Source: Octopus bimaculoides
Lineage: Eukaryota
DNA: 46,096 nt
Assembly: GCF_001194135.2 (NCBI RefSeq)
Contig: NC_068986.1
Coordinates: forward strand, 1,036,535-1,082,630
Direction: 5' to 3'
Shown: piece by piece, positions 10,983-25,088 of the stretch
Layout: each line of letters starts with the position of its first letter
Numbering within the stretch: the first letter of the stretch is position 1
The notes under the pieces: generated by a model
Seen by the model: only the letters and a program-made list of their open reading frames with translations
Told to the model about the DNA's origin: nothing
The model's database searches: none
Position numbers and translations under genes: made by a program

Positions 10983-13900
10983 CAGACTTTTTCAGTTTCT
11001 TTTAACCAGAACAACTCACAAAGCTTTGGTAAGCCCTGGGCTATAGTAGAAGACAATTGCCTAAGGTGCCGGGCAATGGGACTGAACTCAGAACCATGTG
11101 GTTGGGAAACAAGCTTCTTACTCACAGCCACACCAGTGCCTGTTTGTATATTAGCTGTATGTTACCGACACATTTCTAGCTATTACACGAATCTCAGCAC
11201 AATAGAATATATGGGTGGTTGAGTCAACAGCAATTAATTAAAGATTATCAGTTTATTTTCTGTGTAGTAGGACCACAGTCAAGCAGGCAGAGAAAGTAGG
11301 TTTCATATGTGGCAGATGCAAAGGAATAGTTAGCAGTGAGATTACATGAGAAATAAAATCCTTCAAATGTTTGGAGACACCACAAGAAGTAGCTGTTAAC
11401 TTTTGTTGCCTGAGTGGAGGAGAATATTCTAAAAGTATGGTAGCAGGAGTAAGAATGGATGGAAAGGGCTTAGCAAGCTATTATCTCTGCTGATAAGAAT
11501 GGGTTTCTCTCTCAGAGTAAAAGACAAATTGTGTGTACAAATTTATTTAGCATGTTATTTATTATGCTTTATTTTGTCTATATACAGGCATGTATAAAAA
11601 TTTGATTCCATTACCATTAATGATACCTATTCCATCAGTAAATGTTCTGCTATTTCTTGGAATTCCTTTCAAATAATAGCCAAAGCATGTACACACATGC
11701 ATGCATGCACAAACAAACAAACATATAATATACATGTGTGTGTGTGTGTGTGTGTATATAGAAGTTGTGATGCTGCATGATAGTATTACATGAGCCTTGG
11801 ACTGCGGAGCATTTGTATTGGTTGCAAAGAACTGAAGTGAGCACATGCTACCCAATGTGTAATATTAGTGTCCGTGAAAGATAGAACTCACTGCTGAATT
11901 CTAGATCTGAAATTTTCTACCATTGTAAGAAATGTACCACAGACTCTAAGCCACTATCTTTTCAGCAAGCTCCCCAAGCACCGGCCACAGACAGATCACC
12001 AGTGATTTTGCGTTTCCATTAATGCTTGTCAGTGGCAGGGAGTTTGCCTTCCATGTCAGCAAATACAACGGTGTGTTATTATTGGCTATGAGTTGTTTTG
12101 ACTCTTATTTCTAGCAATACTGGTGCTGAATAGTGCCCCTAGTCGCTTTACTTCTCCTTCTCCCTTTACTTTTCTTTACTTATACTATTCCTTTACTTTT
12201 CCTTCTTCCTTATAGATGCAGTTAAGCAGGCAAAATTTCAGAATAATGAAGAAATTAGAAAGATGGAAGAATCAATGAAGAAGTTAGATGCTAACCTCAA
12301 AAGAACCAGTCAGATTGTGAATTCTCTTGAAGCAGAAAATGAAATAATTTTGTAAGGCTTATGATCCAATTTAATTTTCTAGAAGACTCAAAACTCATAT
12401 TTCTTATTGTTGAAGCTTGCTTCCCAACCACATGGTTCCAGGTTCAGTCCCATTGCACAGCACCTTGGGCAAACATTTTCTACTATAGCTTTGGGCTGAC
12501 CTAAGCCTTATGAGCGGATTTGGTAGATGGGAACTGAAAGAAGTCTGTTGTATCATTGCTTAACATCCGCCTTCCATGCAGATGTGTGTGTGTGTGTGTG
12601 TGTGTATTTATCCCCCTCCCACTCTTCATAACCAGTGTTGGTTTATTTATGTCTCCCCCCCCCCGTAACTTAGCAGTGCAGCAGAGAGGGCTGACAAAAT
12701 AAGTACCAGGCTTAAAAAATAAATAAGTCCTGAGGGTTGATTCAGTTGGCTAAAAATTCTTCAAGGTGGTGCTCCAGCATGGCTGCAGTCTAATGACTGA
12801 AACAAGTAAAAGATAAAAGATAGTTAACTTCCATATTATAAGTTAAGAATTTTGGATATTTATCGAATAGAACAACAAATTCTTTGTTCTTTTACTGTAT
12901 AATCATCACCAACTCATTTTAATTGTGGCTATAAATTTTTTTAACAAAATATATTTGCTGTCTTAAAAGCAGTGAAGACTTTATTGAACAAGAATTGTGA
13001 CTGGTGTAGCAGCACTGTAATCAACTGCTAGAAAGGTAAAGGTGACGCCTTAGATAGAAATAATTACAGGGGTATCAAACTGTTGGATCAGGTGATGAAG
13101 GTCATGGAGTGGGTCATAGCCCAACTAATTAGGGAGAGAGTTAGTTTAGATGAGATGAAGTTTGGTTTTGTGCCAGGGAAAAGCACCACTGATGCTACAT
13201 TTCTGGTAAGACAGCTGCAGGAGAAATTCCTAGCCAAAGATAAACCTCTGTACTTGGCTTTTATTGACATGGAGAAAGCCTTTGACAGGGTCCCTTATCT
13301 GGTGGTCAATGTGGAAACTAGAGATAGATGAGTGGCTGCTGAGAGTTGTACAAGCTGTGTACAGTGATGCTGCCAGTAAGGTGAGGGCTGACAATGAGTA
13401 CAGTGAAGAATTCCAGGTAGAGGTAGGGGTTCACCAAGGATCAGGCCTCGGCCCCCTCTTGTTCATCATATCCCTTCAGACGATAATAGAGGAATTCAAG
13501 ACAGGCTGCCCCTGGGAGCTCCTCTATGCTGATGACCTTGCTCTTATGGCTGAATCACTACCAGGACTAGAGAAGTTTCAGGTGTGGAAGCAAGGTCTGG
13601 AATCGAAGGGCCTTAGTGTGAACCTAGCAAAAAGCAAAATCTGGCTGATGCTGGTGTCAGGTCAATGGCACCTGTGCTGGTGGCACATAAAAAACACTCA
13701 CTACATTCTCGGAGTGGTTGGCATTAGGAAGGGCATCCAACCATAGAACCTTGCCAAATCAGATCAGAGCCTTGTGCAGCTCCTTGGCTTCCAAGTTTTC
13801 AGTCAGACCATCCAACCCATGCCAGCATGGAAAGCAGACATTAAATAATGATGATGTTGATTGACTTTTTAATAATTATAAAGATATTACAGAGAAATGA

Positions 13901-15052
13901 TGTTGTTGGTGCTAACTATTACATTGCAACCCATACTGCATTGCGATCGTAACCACTGTATGGTTCCAGATTTAAGTATAGTATGGTATATCTGGATTTA
14001 AGACAATAAATTTTCTTGAGTTGTTCAATAAGAACAACTAGTTTATCATAGTTTAAATTTATTTTTAAAATTTTCATCCTTTTATGTATTTTAAATTAAA
14101 TGTTATTACTAAAAAGTTAATTGATGAGAATGGTTTTCCTCTAAATACAGGACTAATTTTTCTTCAGAAAAACTAAAAGAAAATCATAAAAAAAAAAAAT
14201 ACAATCAAAGCTTGCTGTTTCTATACCGGGTAAAGAACAAAAAAAAATATAAAAAAGAAAGCATTTTTACTTTCATTTTTTTAGATGATAAATTGTTTGT
14301 TTATTGGTTCTGGCATATCTGCTGTCTTTTGCTCATTCCGTTTGAATTTCTCTGTGTATTTTTAGAAAGAATAAACCCTTGTCTTCTAAAGCTATTGTTA
14401 ACAATGAAATTTAAGAGATAAGAAAATATATTTGTCATGCATCTCGACAGACTGGTCATTAAGTTACCATTAATGTATTGCAAGCTGGATTCATTAATAT
14501 ATTGACTTTTACATCATCACAATTCTTTGGTTTCTGGTTTTATCCATTCAACATCACTGCATCAAATTATTTTGATAAAGTTTCAATTTCTTTTTTTTGT
14601 AGTTGTCAAACCTCATGATCACGAAATTTATAGATTTTCAAAGAATAGCAAGCATAACAAAACAACAACAACAATAGTCTTTATGTATCTGATTTTGTTA
14701 CATTTTACTACACTTTGTTATATTTTGTTTGCACTTTAAACTTTTTCAGAGTTAAAAGAAATGAACTTGCTTTGAATTTAGACAAAAAGAATCTCGAATG
14801 GAACAAACAGTATTCCTTGAAATACGAGTGAGTTATTTTATCAATAGCTCATTTGAATTTTTACACAGATTTTTTTTTTTCTACTGACATGAATGTTGAA
14901 GAAAATGCATGTCTTTTTCAACTGTTGTATACCTGGAATAATTAGTGATTTCTATCAGAATTACAAGGTCTCAAATTTTATGGAGATGGTATTGTTGATT
15001 AAGACATTAAGACTGACCCCTGGTTTTTGACCAGTGCCATATTTTATTGACC

Positions 15053-15094
<42 letters not shown>

Positions 15095-15991
15095 GTAACA
15101 GTGGTAGAACTGACAGAAGAGAGGTTACAGTTCATAGGAGGAGTGACTAATATAAAAGGGGCAGAATTGACAGGGGAAAGGACTCAGTTCAGAGTGGCTA
15201 TGGCTTTTGTTGTTGTTCCAGTATAAGCAGCAGAGAGGATGCAGTTCAGAGGGGAAGTAACCATTGCAGTGAAAGGATGTTTATAACTCTTCAAAGTTGC
15301 CGAAGTAAAACATTATTTCAAGTTACCTTTATAAAGCAATACTACATTGCAAGTTACCTTCATCCAGTATTAAGATGTATATAAATAATTCCAGATTTAA
15401 ATGTTTTTTTTTTTTAATATAAGAACTATTACACATGACATGCATTGAATATTTCATTGTAATTCTTTTAGGATACAAATCAAAATATATGAAACCAAAG
15501 AAAAGATCAAAGCGTTATGTAATGAGGTAAATTTTGAAATAAATTCTCAAATCTGTTTCTACCTGTTGCTTCATTCACATTGTTAGCACATTTAATAACA
15601 AAAATCTATCTTAGTTTGTTGCCAAATAATTATTTGATGCTTTGAAAATATATTTTATACAAACTCTGACATTTGTATGTTTATAAAATGTTTTCTAGAT
15701 TGTTAAATACCAGGAAGAAATTCTAAAAATGAAAGAATCTCTAATTGAAGAACATGCAGCAGCTATTAAAGAAGCAAAAGAAATTTCCCCCAGTTTGGTA
15801 AGTACCATAACTGAAACAGAAATTTATAATTTATATATTCATGATATATATAAATTATGTTATGAAGGACATCACATTAGCAAGGGCATCCAGCTGTAGA
15901 AATAATGCTAAAGTGGACACTGACACATGACAGGGCCCATCAGATCCTGACAAACTGTCCAATCCATGCTAGCATGGAACTTGAATGTTAA

Positions 15992-16032
<41 letters not shown>

Positions 16033-16963
16033 TCTGATATATAATTTGAAATGATAAATAGTTTAAATAAACATCTCCAGTTTATAATATTTCTATTATT
16101 ATCCTAATAATTTTTACTCAGTATGGAAAACAAAACTTTAACATTGACCAACTTCCTCCTTTCTGCTTCTCCCCTGGCTAAGTACACCTGTCTTCTAGCT
16201 TCCCTTCTAGCTTCCATCACTCTTCCAGTCCTGTTTCTTTGCTCTAATGGCCTTCTCTACAGCATCATTCCACCACTACATTAACCTAGGTCTGGTTGGA
16301 ACGTTGCACCAGCTGTTAGTTTGGTCTATAGTACTCAGCAAGCTGACCCACAGGGATTCCCAATTGCCCTCTGTTACTAGTCTGTACTTCCTCCTCCTCA
16401 TCATCAAATTTCTCAATTAGGGTGTCCCTAAGTCTATGATCATATGAATGATCCTTAATCTTCCAAATCCTACTTTTTCAGATTGGTCTGCTTCTTGGCA
16501 TCCTTTTAGCTTGAATTCTAAAGTCACTAATGACTAGTCTATACTGGGGGGTACATTCTTCAGAGAACTCTTAATTTGCTTGGAAATAGGTGACAGTTAG
16601 GGAATTCAACTGTAAAAAATCTGCTTCAGTAAATTCCATCTGGCCCATGCAAATATGGAAAAGTGGAAGTTAAAACAATGATGATGATGATTTCATATAT
16701 ATATATATATATATAGTCAAATCGAACATTAAAAATTGAACATTGAAAATAACAAAACAACAATGATGTACACATGGACTGTATTAGTGCGACATTCAGT
16801 AAAAGTGGAAAAAAGAGTGGGTTTTTTACATTTTGAGCACAGCTCTTTGTCAGAAAGAGGAGAAAGGAAAGATGCAGAGAAGGAAAAAGTCCAGGAAAAG
16901 CACTTGTGAGGAATTATATACTCACCCATATACATACTTATACATTTATATGCATTTACAAAA

Positions 16964-17016
<53 letters not shown>

Positions 17017-20000
17017 CGTATCTATTAAAAGATTTTTTTTGTGTATAATAGCATGAAATAAAGGTTATCGCTGATGAATGGAATTTGAAGAATTCACTTC
17101 TACTGGCGTAAGTTTAAACAGTGAATATTTTTTTCTCTGGATTTTGATGTCCGTCTCCAGGTAAGTGCTTCCTATTGTCATATAGAAGTGATAGTATGAT
17201 GAGATTAACTACATTGATCATCATGCTAATAATTCATTTAAATATTGATTACTGCTGTAATCATATATTATGAGAACTAAGTTTTTCAGTGCAAAACAAT
17301 AGTTAACATTATCAAATAACTAATATTGATTTAACCCTTTCGTTACTATATTTCTGACCAAAATACACCCCTCATGAGTTTCAATTAAATTCTAAAATAA
17401 TCATGAATTTAGACTAGTCTCATTAAACACCTGTAACTTTTTTATTTATCAACATATTAATGTGATATTTGGAACATAATTAAAGAAAGGGTTCTTAATC
17501 AATTCTATTGCATAATTTTTGTCTCATAGTTCTCCACGTACTGGGGGGGGGGTACTTCTAGTGTCTCTCACATGTAAATATTGGTTCAGCTTCACGAATC
17601 GTACTCGTTCATAATACTGGAAATATATTCATCGCCAAAAGGTTCCTGATCGCTCCAGTAATTTGTTATTCTGGGTAACTGTCTAATATCCATGATAATA
17701 TTTATGGCAAAAAATGCCCGTATTTCATCTACAGTTGCAGGAAACTGCAATCTATCTCTTTTTTTCCCGGTTCGTTTACATTCTTCGTAACGGTTTGTTT
17801 CCGCAGTAATCAGTTGAAACAAGCTGAAACCACATACGTCGAATAGGCATACGTTTCCATCGTAATTCAGGCACAAAGAAGTTGTTTATCCTCTCAATAA
17901 AATGCTCAGATTTCACAGTAACAGCATTTCGATTATTGTCTTAGAAAAAGTAAGGACCAATGACAGCAGCGTCTCCAGCATTGCACTGTCACTATTCATT
18001 AGTGTACCTTGTGTATGAGGTGCATTCACCCAATATAAGATTGTGTTATGGGAGGAAACAGCCTGATTTCAGTGAATGTTGAAGTGGCACCGAAACTCAC
18101 GCTGAACTGGTGTGACAGACTCATTATTCTTCACATAACTGTCATAGGCAAACACATGATGCTCTATTGTCCACGGCTTCACCTGAAAAGAAAAAGAATG
18201 CTAAGACTCCACAAACTGAATGCTACTTGTCAGACATATATCCCTCCCGCTGGGGCTGAGTAATAGACATTTCAAANNNNNNNNNNCTGTATGTCCTCAG
18301 ACTGACCAGTGCCTTGTGAGTGAACTTTGTACACAGAAACTGTTTGGAAGCCTGTCATAAAAATGTACATATGCATGTATGTGTGTCTTTGTGCTTGTAT
18401 TTGTACCCTCCTACTACTGGACAACTGATGTTGGGTTTTTTTATGTCTGTATAACAGTAATTTGTCATGTAGTACCTGCCTTCATATCTATGATTTTGTT
18501 GAACTATGGAGGCTATTTTAGCCATGTTACTATTACATAACAATGAATAGAACTATTTTAAATGCAAATTAATCTAAGAAAGTTTCTGCTTTCCTTGTAA
18601 TGTTAAAATATATCTCTTAAATCCTATATTTTTACAGAGAACTTACAGGTTTTAAGATTGAACTAAACAGCCTTCTTGAAAAAACTGCCAGAGTAAAACA
18701 GGTTTGTTCCAGCTTTTTGTTTCTCTCCACTGCTCAGAACCTCAATAATTCTGTCTTCAATCATCTGAATATTTCTGCAGAAAACACCTGATCTCTACTC
18801 AGTTGGTCATTACCTTGCTAAGGGTTTTACCAATATCCCTTTTTTTTTGTGTATTAGATTAGCCTGAAATAAGGATCTGTGCCTGTAACCTTCACATATT
18901 CTTTGAATCCAGTAAGACTGGCAGTTAACATTCCTCTTGTTTGAACAATTGCAAGTCCATGGCTGTAGGAAAAATATGTGCAGGGAGGGATTTCCAGGAC
19001 GATGTTCTGAGGAAAGAGACAGGGGCGTAGTTAGAAAAACATTGACAGTAACTTCAGAGTTTGGTCAGTTAATCCAAATTGGATTTTAAAACAATGATGA
19101 TGATTATGAAGATGACGACGATGATGATAGTTGTGGTGATGGTGATGAGGATAATGATGATGATGGTGATGATGATGATGACAATGATGATGGTGTTGGT
19201 GGTGGTAGTTGTGGTGATGGGAATGAGGCTGATGATGATGATGTTGATTACTTTCAATATCAATATTAAATTTAAGTGTTCAGGATTACATTAATCTGTT
19301 GGCTTTAGAAAAATTAAATAACTTTGAAATGGTTTATATGTATTTACTAGTATTTAAACACATTCGATATTATATAAACATTTCGATATCGTTTTGATTT
19401 ATTCCCTGTTTTTTTTTTTGTTTTTTTTTGCGTATTAACATTGGTTTATTGTATTTGATATTGCTTAAATGATGCTCAAAATCGTTTCAAAGTATTTGGT
19501 ACTTTTTTTATATCTATTTGACATTCTTTAATGCATGATATATTTTAATACACTGAATGCATCTAATTTTGGTGTTTGTGTAGCAATCTGAGGATCTTAT
19601 TAATAAGATTATCATCCAAAAGATAAATATTACTGATAGAAGCAATTATATAGAGAGTCAACAGAAGATCACAGAGGTTCATGCAAATACTCGGTAAGTG
19701 CTGCTATGTTTTACATTACAGAAAGAATTTTTCTTGAATTTAAGCAGATAGGTGTAGGCGTGGTCTCAGGCATAGTATCACTGCATGACAGTACCATATC
19801 AGTGCACACTTCTCTCTGACACAGTGCTCTATAACCTTCTTTCACTTGTGGCACACTTACATTCTTTTCACACTTCAGTGGCACACCAGTGTGCTGCAGC
19901 ATGGCAGTTGCAGAGCACTACTCTAGCACACTGCATCTGATTCCTCTTATACCTAATTTTCTCTCAACACATTGCCATTCTCTCATTCATGCATACTGAT

Positions 20001-21240
20001 GTTGCACATTCAGCAGAACATGCAACCTTCACTTCTATCTAGTCCTTGCATGTCCTCTGCATTCAGCTAATACCACATTACCATGTAATATAGCATTTCT
20101 GTTCAAATGCAATTTCATTCGATTTGTCTCTCTGATACAGAAACCTTTCATTATTAACAGAATTAATAGCTCCCTAAATTTTCTCTAGTCTTGTCTTACT
20201 TTGTGCTTTCAGAGCAACCCCACCACAGCTAATTACATCATCTAGGTCAGGGGTTCTCAACCAATTTTTATCTAGGGACCTTTTTTTATTACTATTTTGT
20301 TCCATTGGACTCTCATAACAATTTGATGTTTAAAAACTAGTTTTAGAGAAACTTCTTTCAAAATTTCTCTTTTCTTTTGGTTGGACTATTTAAAATGTTA
20401 GAGAAAGAAACTTAGTCATTTCTTACAATACATACCATTATATATATATATATCTAAAGCAAAATTTTTTCTAGGGTTCTTAAAGCACTATTGCAGATCC
20501 CCAGTTTACTATTTTGTTGCAGGGACCCCCAAAAGTCTTGTATGGACCCCAGTTGAGAACCACCGATCTAGGTAATAGAAGCTGTCTACTGTCTTTAGGT
20601 ATACCTCTTGGGCTTTGGAGAAAATCTATTTTCTGTGTAGTCTTAGTGTTTACTGCACCTGTGCATGTGTCATATATGTGTGTGTGAGTGTATGCATATC
20701 ATTAGTCAGTTTTATTTGAAGATTTGTTGCCAATGGAGAAAGAACCGGTTTCTAACCTCGATCCAAGGCTCCTTCACTGGAATTTCAACAACATCAACAA
20801 GGTATTTTTTGCATCTATGTGTGTTTAAGTGCAGTATTTGGAGTCAGTGCATGTGCAGATTTGTGTGTTTTGTTTGACGTATGTATTCAGACACATGTAG
20901 TTGCATGTCTAGACATGAACATGTATACTTAAATGATAAATTTCTGGCAAGTTTTACAAAAATTTACTGTTCCGGTGATGGATTGGATCCGTAGTCTTCT
21001 TCTCCTTTCTGGTTTTAAGAAGCTTAATTTCTCAAGATTGGTATTTATGCAGTGTGTGACATACATACATGCATGTATGCATGTATGTATGTATGTATGT
21101 ATGTATGTATGTATGTATGTATGTGTGTATGTATATGTGTATGTATGTATGTGTGTATGTATGTATGTATGTATTTGTGTGTGTGTGTGTGTATACGTGT
21201 GCGTATGCATGTGTATGTGTTTGTGCATGTGAGTGTGTAT

Positions 21241-21277
<37 letters not shown>

Positions 21278-21287
21278 NNNNNNNNNN

Positions 21288-21332
<45 letters not shown>

Positions 21333-24300
21333 ATGATATTGGTGTTGGTGATGGTAGTGGTAGTGCAGTTTTTATTTTATCATCTGACTCATCCAGTTCA
21401 ACAACCACAAAAACTATGTAAAAATCTTCTTTGGACAGACACGAATTGCCAGATAGGTTAACCCTCGATGTGGCGTTAGGAGCTTGGAACTGATATTGAA
21501 TCATTTAGAGTCATTTCCATTGGACAGAAAAGCCACTCTGTTAATTACTTCAATTATAATTCATCTAAATGAAATTGCATGTGTAACATACAGTGATAAA
21601 GTGAATATTCCAATTCAGTTGACATTTCTGACACCATGTTATAACCGTACATTGTACTTCACAAATGTTAATCAAGCGATACACACACATGTTCTGTTCT
21701 GAAGATGGCCATGGCAAACACATTTTATTGATGCTCTTCACTTATTGTGAATGTGTGTATCTATTATGGTGAGCTGGCAGAAGCATTAGAGTGTTGAAAT
21801 GAATGCTTTGCAGTATTTCTTCTGGCTCATTCTGTGTTCAAATCTCACTGAGTTCAATATTGCCTTTCATCCTTCTGAGGTTGATAAAACGGAGCACTGG
21901 TCAAGTACTAGTATCAATGGTATTGATCAACTTTCTCCCCTCAAAAGTTGCTGGCTTTCTAAATTAGAAATCATTATAATAACAGATTTTCTGGCATACA
22001 AGTTAGACCAAAATTGGTTGATCATTGTACACAAAGATGACTTAGGAAGACCCCAGAATTTAATGTGAAATGCAGCAGAATTTTGGAAGAGAGTGATGAG
22101 GTTTGAATGTTTCCAATACATGTTTGCACTCTATACTATGTAGATATTTGTATGCTGGAAAATACTGTCTATATCAAAGGGAATACAACTAGTGTTGCAA
22201 GCATTTCTTCATTGTTGTAACCCATTCTGCATTGACAAAAGATTTCTAGTGTGTCTATCCATTTCATCAAGTTAATGTTTTATGTCCACAGAAGGAATGT
22301 TGCAGAACATTAAAACTGGTATTTATTTATTATTGACCTTTGTAAGAGATCCTTATTATTTTCCAAAGATTATTGTATAGCATGTTATATGCTAGAACAT
22401 CTATATTACAGTACAGCGCAGGCTACTCGAATCCAAAAGATTGAAGAAAAATATGAAGAAAGCTTAAATGCAAAGAAATCATCGCTAATTAATGTAAGTA
22501 TGTTTTATCATATTTGATCAATCTCAGTAATTGCCACTAAGATAGACTGTTATCTGGTGAAGATTGACAGCAGTAAATAACCATTGACCAAGAATTAATT
22601 GTTCACACTCGTTAATGTGATCCAGCAGAAAATATGCCCTGTTGACACTATCTTAGCTGCAGAGAGGAAGATATAAAATGACTTCAAATTGATTTGTTGG
22701 CAACGACTGTACTTGCAGGTATTCCTCTTGATACAAAGGTTATCATTCTACCATCTCGTGGATAGAAATGAATAACACTTAGCTTACAAACTGGCATTGG
22801 TTGTAATTGTTGAAGTATGATTGTCTAGTTTTAACAAAGAATCATTTTAACCCATAACGTTTTTAAATGATTATGAAGTAGAAAAAAAAACAAAAACTTC
22901 TAATCAAATTATTAGTGACCACTAGAAATGTAAGTATTCTGCTTTTCTCATTGAATTAATTCATGAATCTGTTTTTATGCATGCAATGCCCACTCATCTC
23001 AGTTTCTGTGGCAATAACTGGCAGAAAACAGTTGTGCCTTTGTAACTTTTGATAAAGAATCGTTACTACAAATAATTTTAAAAAATTAAATGATTTTTTT
23101 TTAGTGTGAAATATTTATCTTTAGCATAATACTTTCTATGAGAGGTGCTGGAAAGTTCCTGACTTTTAGGATATTGTGAAAAGCCTGGTTGGAGGCCCAA
23201 ACTTCTGAGTTCTTTTACAGGGCTTAGAAAAACTGAATGACCCTTGCAATGAGTGTGTGAATTTGAGAAGGGGAATAGGCTGAATAAAATCATAATTCAC
23301 TGATCTTCTGGTATTTTCTTTTACCCAAAGCCAGAAACTTTTCAGCATTCCCTCATAGAGATATAAACATATGAAATTATCAGCCGAGGGCATTATTGAT
23401 GTAAAAGTTCTAATACTAGGCAAATATGTGTATTTTATGTCTCACAATATTGTTAAATGTTTCTCAAGGTAAAACTGAGAATAAACCAGGAGCGGTACAG
23501 AGCCAGCGAACAAAAGAAGAGTATACATCAACAGAGAAGAAGTATGTCATCAAAATGAGTTAATGCTAAACAAGACTTTATTAATGATATATAATCTCAT
23601 GGTGAATTCATCTCTATAGCTTAATTGGGAAAAGTCAGAGAGCTGCCTGTATGAGTCAAAACAAGTATCATCTCTAATCCAGTACGATATGTTACCGATT
23701 ATACTACTACATTCGGACTTTCAGCCATCCAAATTAGGCATCGCTGTCTGGTTGAGATGTTTGCTTCCCAACCACATGGTTTGGGGTTCAGTTTCATTGC
23801 ATAACGTCTTGGACAAGTGCCTTCTGCTATATTCCTGGGCTGACCAAAGCCTGGTGAGTGAATTTGGAAGACAGAGACTGTAGAAATCCTGGTGTATATG
23901 TGTATGTGTGTGTGTATATATATATACACACATACACGCACACACACACACACACACACACCAGGCTTTTTACAGTCTCTGTCTTCCAAATTCACTCACC
24001 AGGCTTTGGTCAGCCCAGGAATATAGCAGAAGGCACTTGTCCAAGATGTTATGCAATGAAACTGAACCGCAAACCAGACTCCAGTCTGATTTGGCAGGGT
24101 TTCTACAACTGGATGCCTTTCTTAACACCAAACACTTTGTAATGTGTGCTAGGTGCTTTCATGTGGAACCCAACAGCCATATTTACGTGGCATCGCATGG
24201 GTGCTTGTAAGTGTGTGTGTGTGTGTGTGTGTTTGTATCTACTTGTCTTAACATTGCATGATTGTTGTAAATGAATGTCATTTATTTCCAATATTCTCTG

Positions 24301-25055
24301 GAAACATGTCTGATTATGAGGAAATGTTACCTTGCTTGGAAACAGGTAAGAATTGGAGACATGAAAGGTATCTGGTTGTAGAAAATCTGCCTTAGTGAAC
24401 TCTTTCCACCCATACAAGCATGGTAATGTGGATGTTAAAATGATGGTGATGGCTACAGTGATGACACTGACAATGAATATGATGATGATGATGATGATAG
24501 TTAAACAGTTGTTTTGACATAACTGGTATCATGTTTGTCTGGACTACGGAAGATACAAAGTTCAAATCCTACATGCAGCTTTCCACTTTTTTTTTCATCT
24601 CAGAAGAGTTTAACTCACTTTTTTATGAGTTAGATTTTATGCTTGAATTTGCTTTGAAATACATTGTTAATATCAACTTATTTACACATTTCTTGATACT
24701 TCTATATTTATGCTCTAAATGAGTAAATGTTGCTTTATCGTTAACCATATAACTATGTGTCTTCTGTAATGAATCCATAAAAAATTATTACTCTCAACAT
24801 AAACGTAGTCAATCTATTTATCAAAATCTAAAAAATATAAATTTGAATTAAAACATCTAATCATCACCATCATCGTCATCGTCATCATCGTCATCTTCAT
24901 TGTTATTATCATTATTTAATGTGTGTTTTCCATGCTGGCATGGGTTGGACAGTTTGACTGGGGTTGGTTAGGCAGAAGACTGCACCACACTTCACTGTCT
25001 GTTTTGGAATGGTTTTTATGGCTGGATGCTCTTCCTAACACCAAACACACACTCG

Positions 25056-25088
<33 letters not shown>

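Noticed and set aside
12216-12278. ATG at the start of exon 4 as an alternative start codon
   Set aside because: That frame stops after 20 codons; the coding frame is phase 1.
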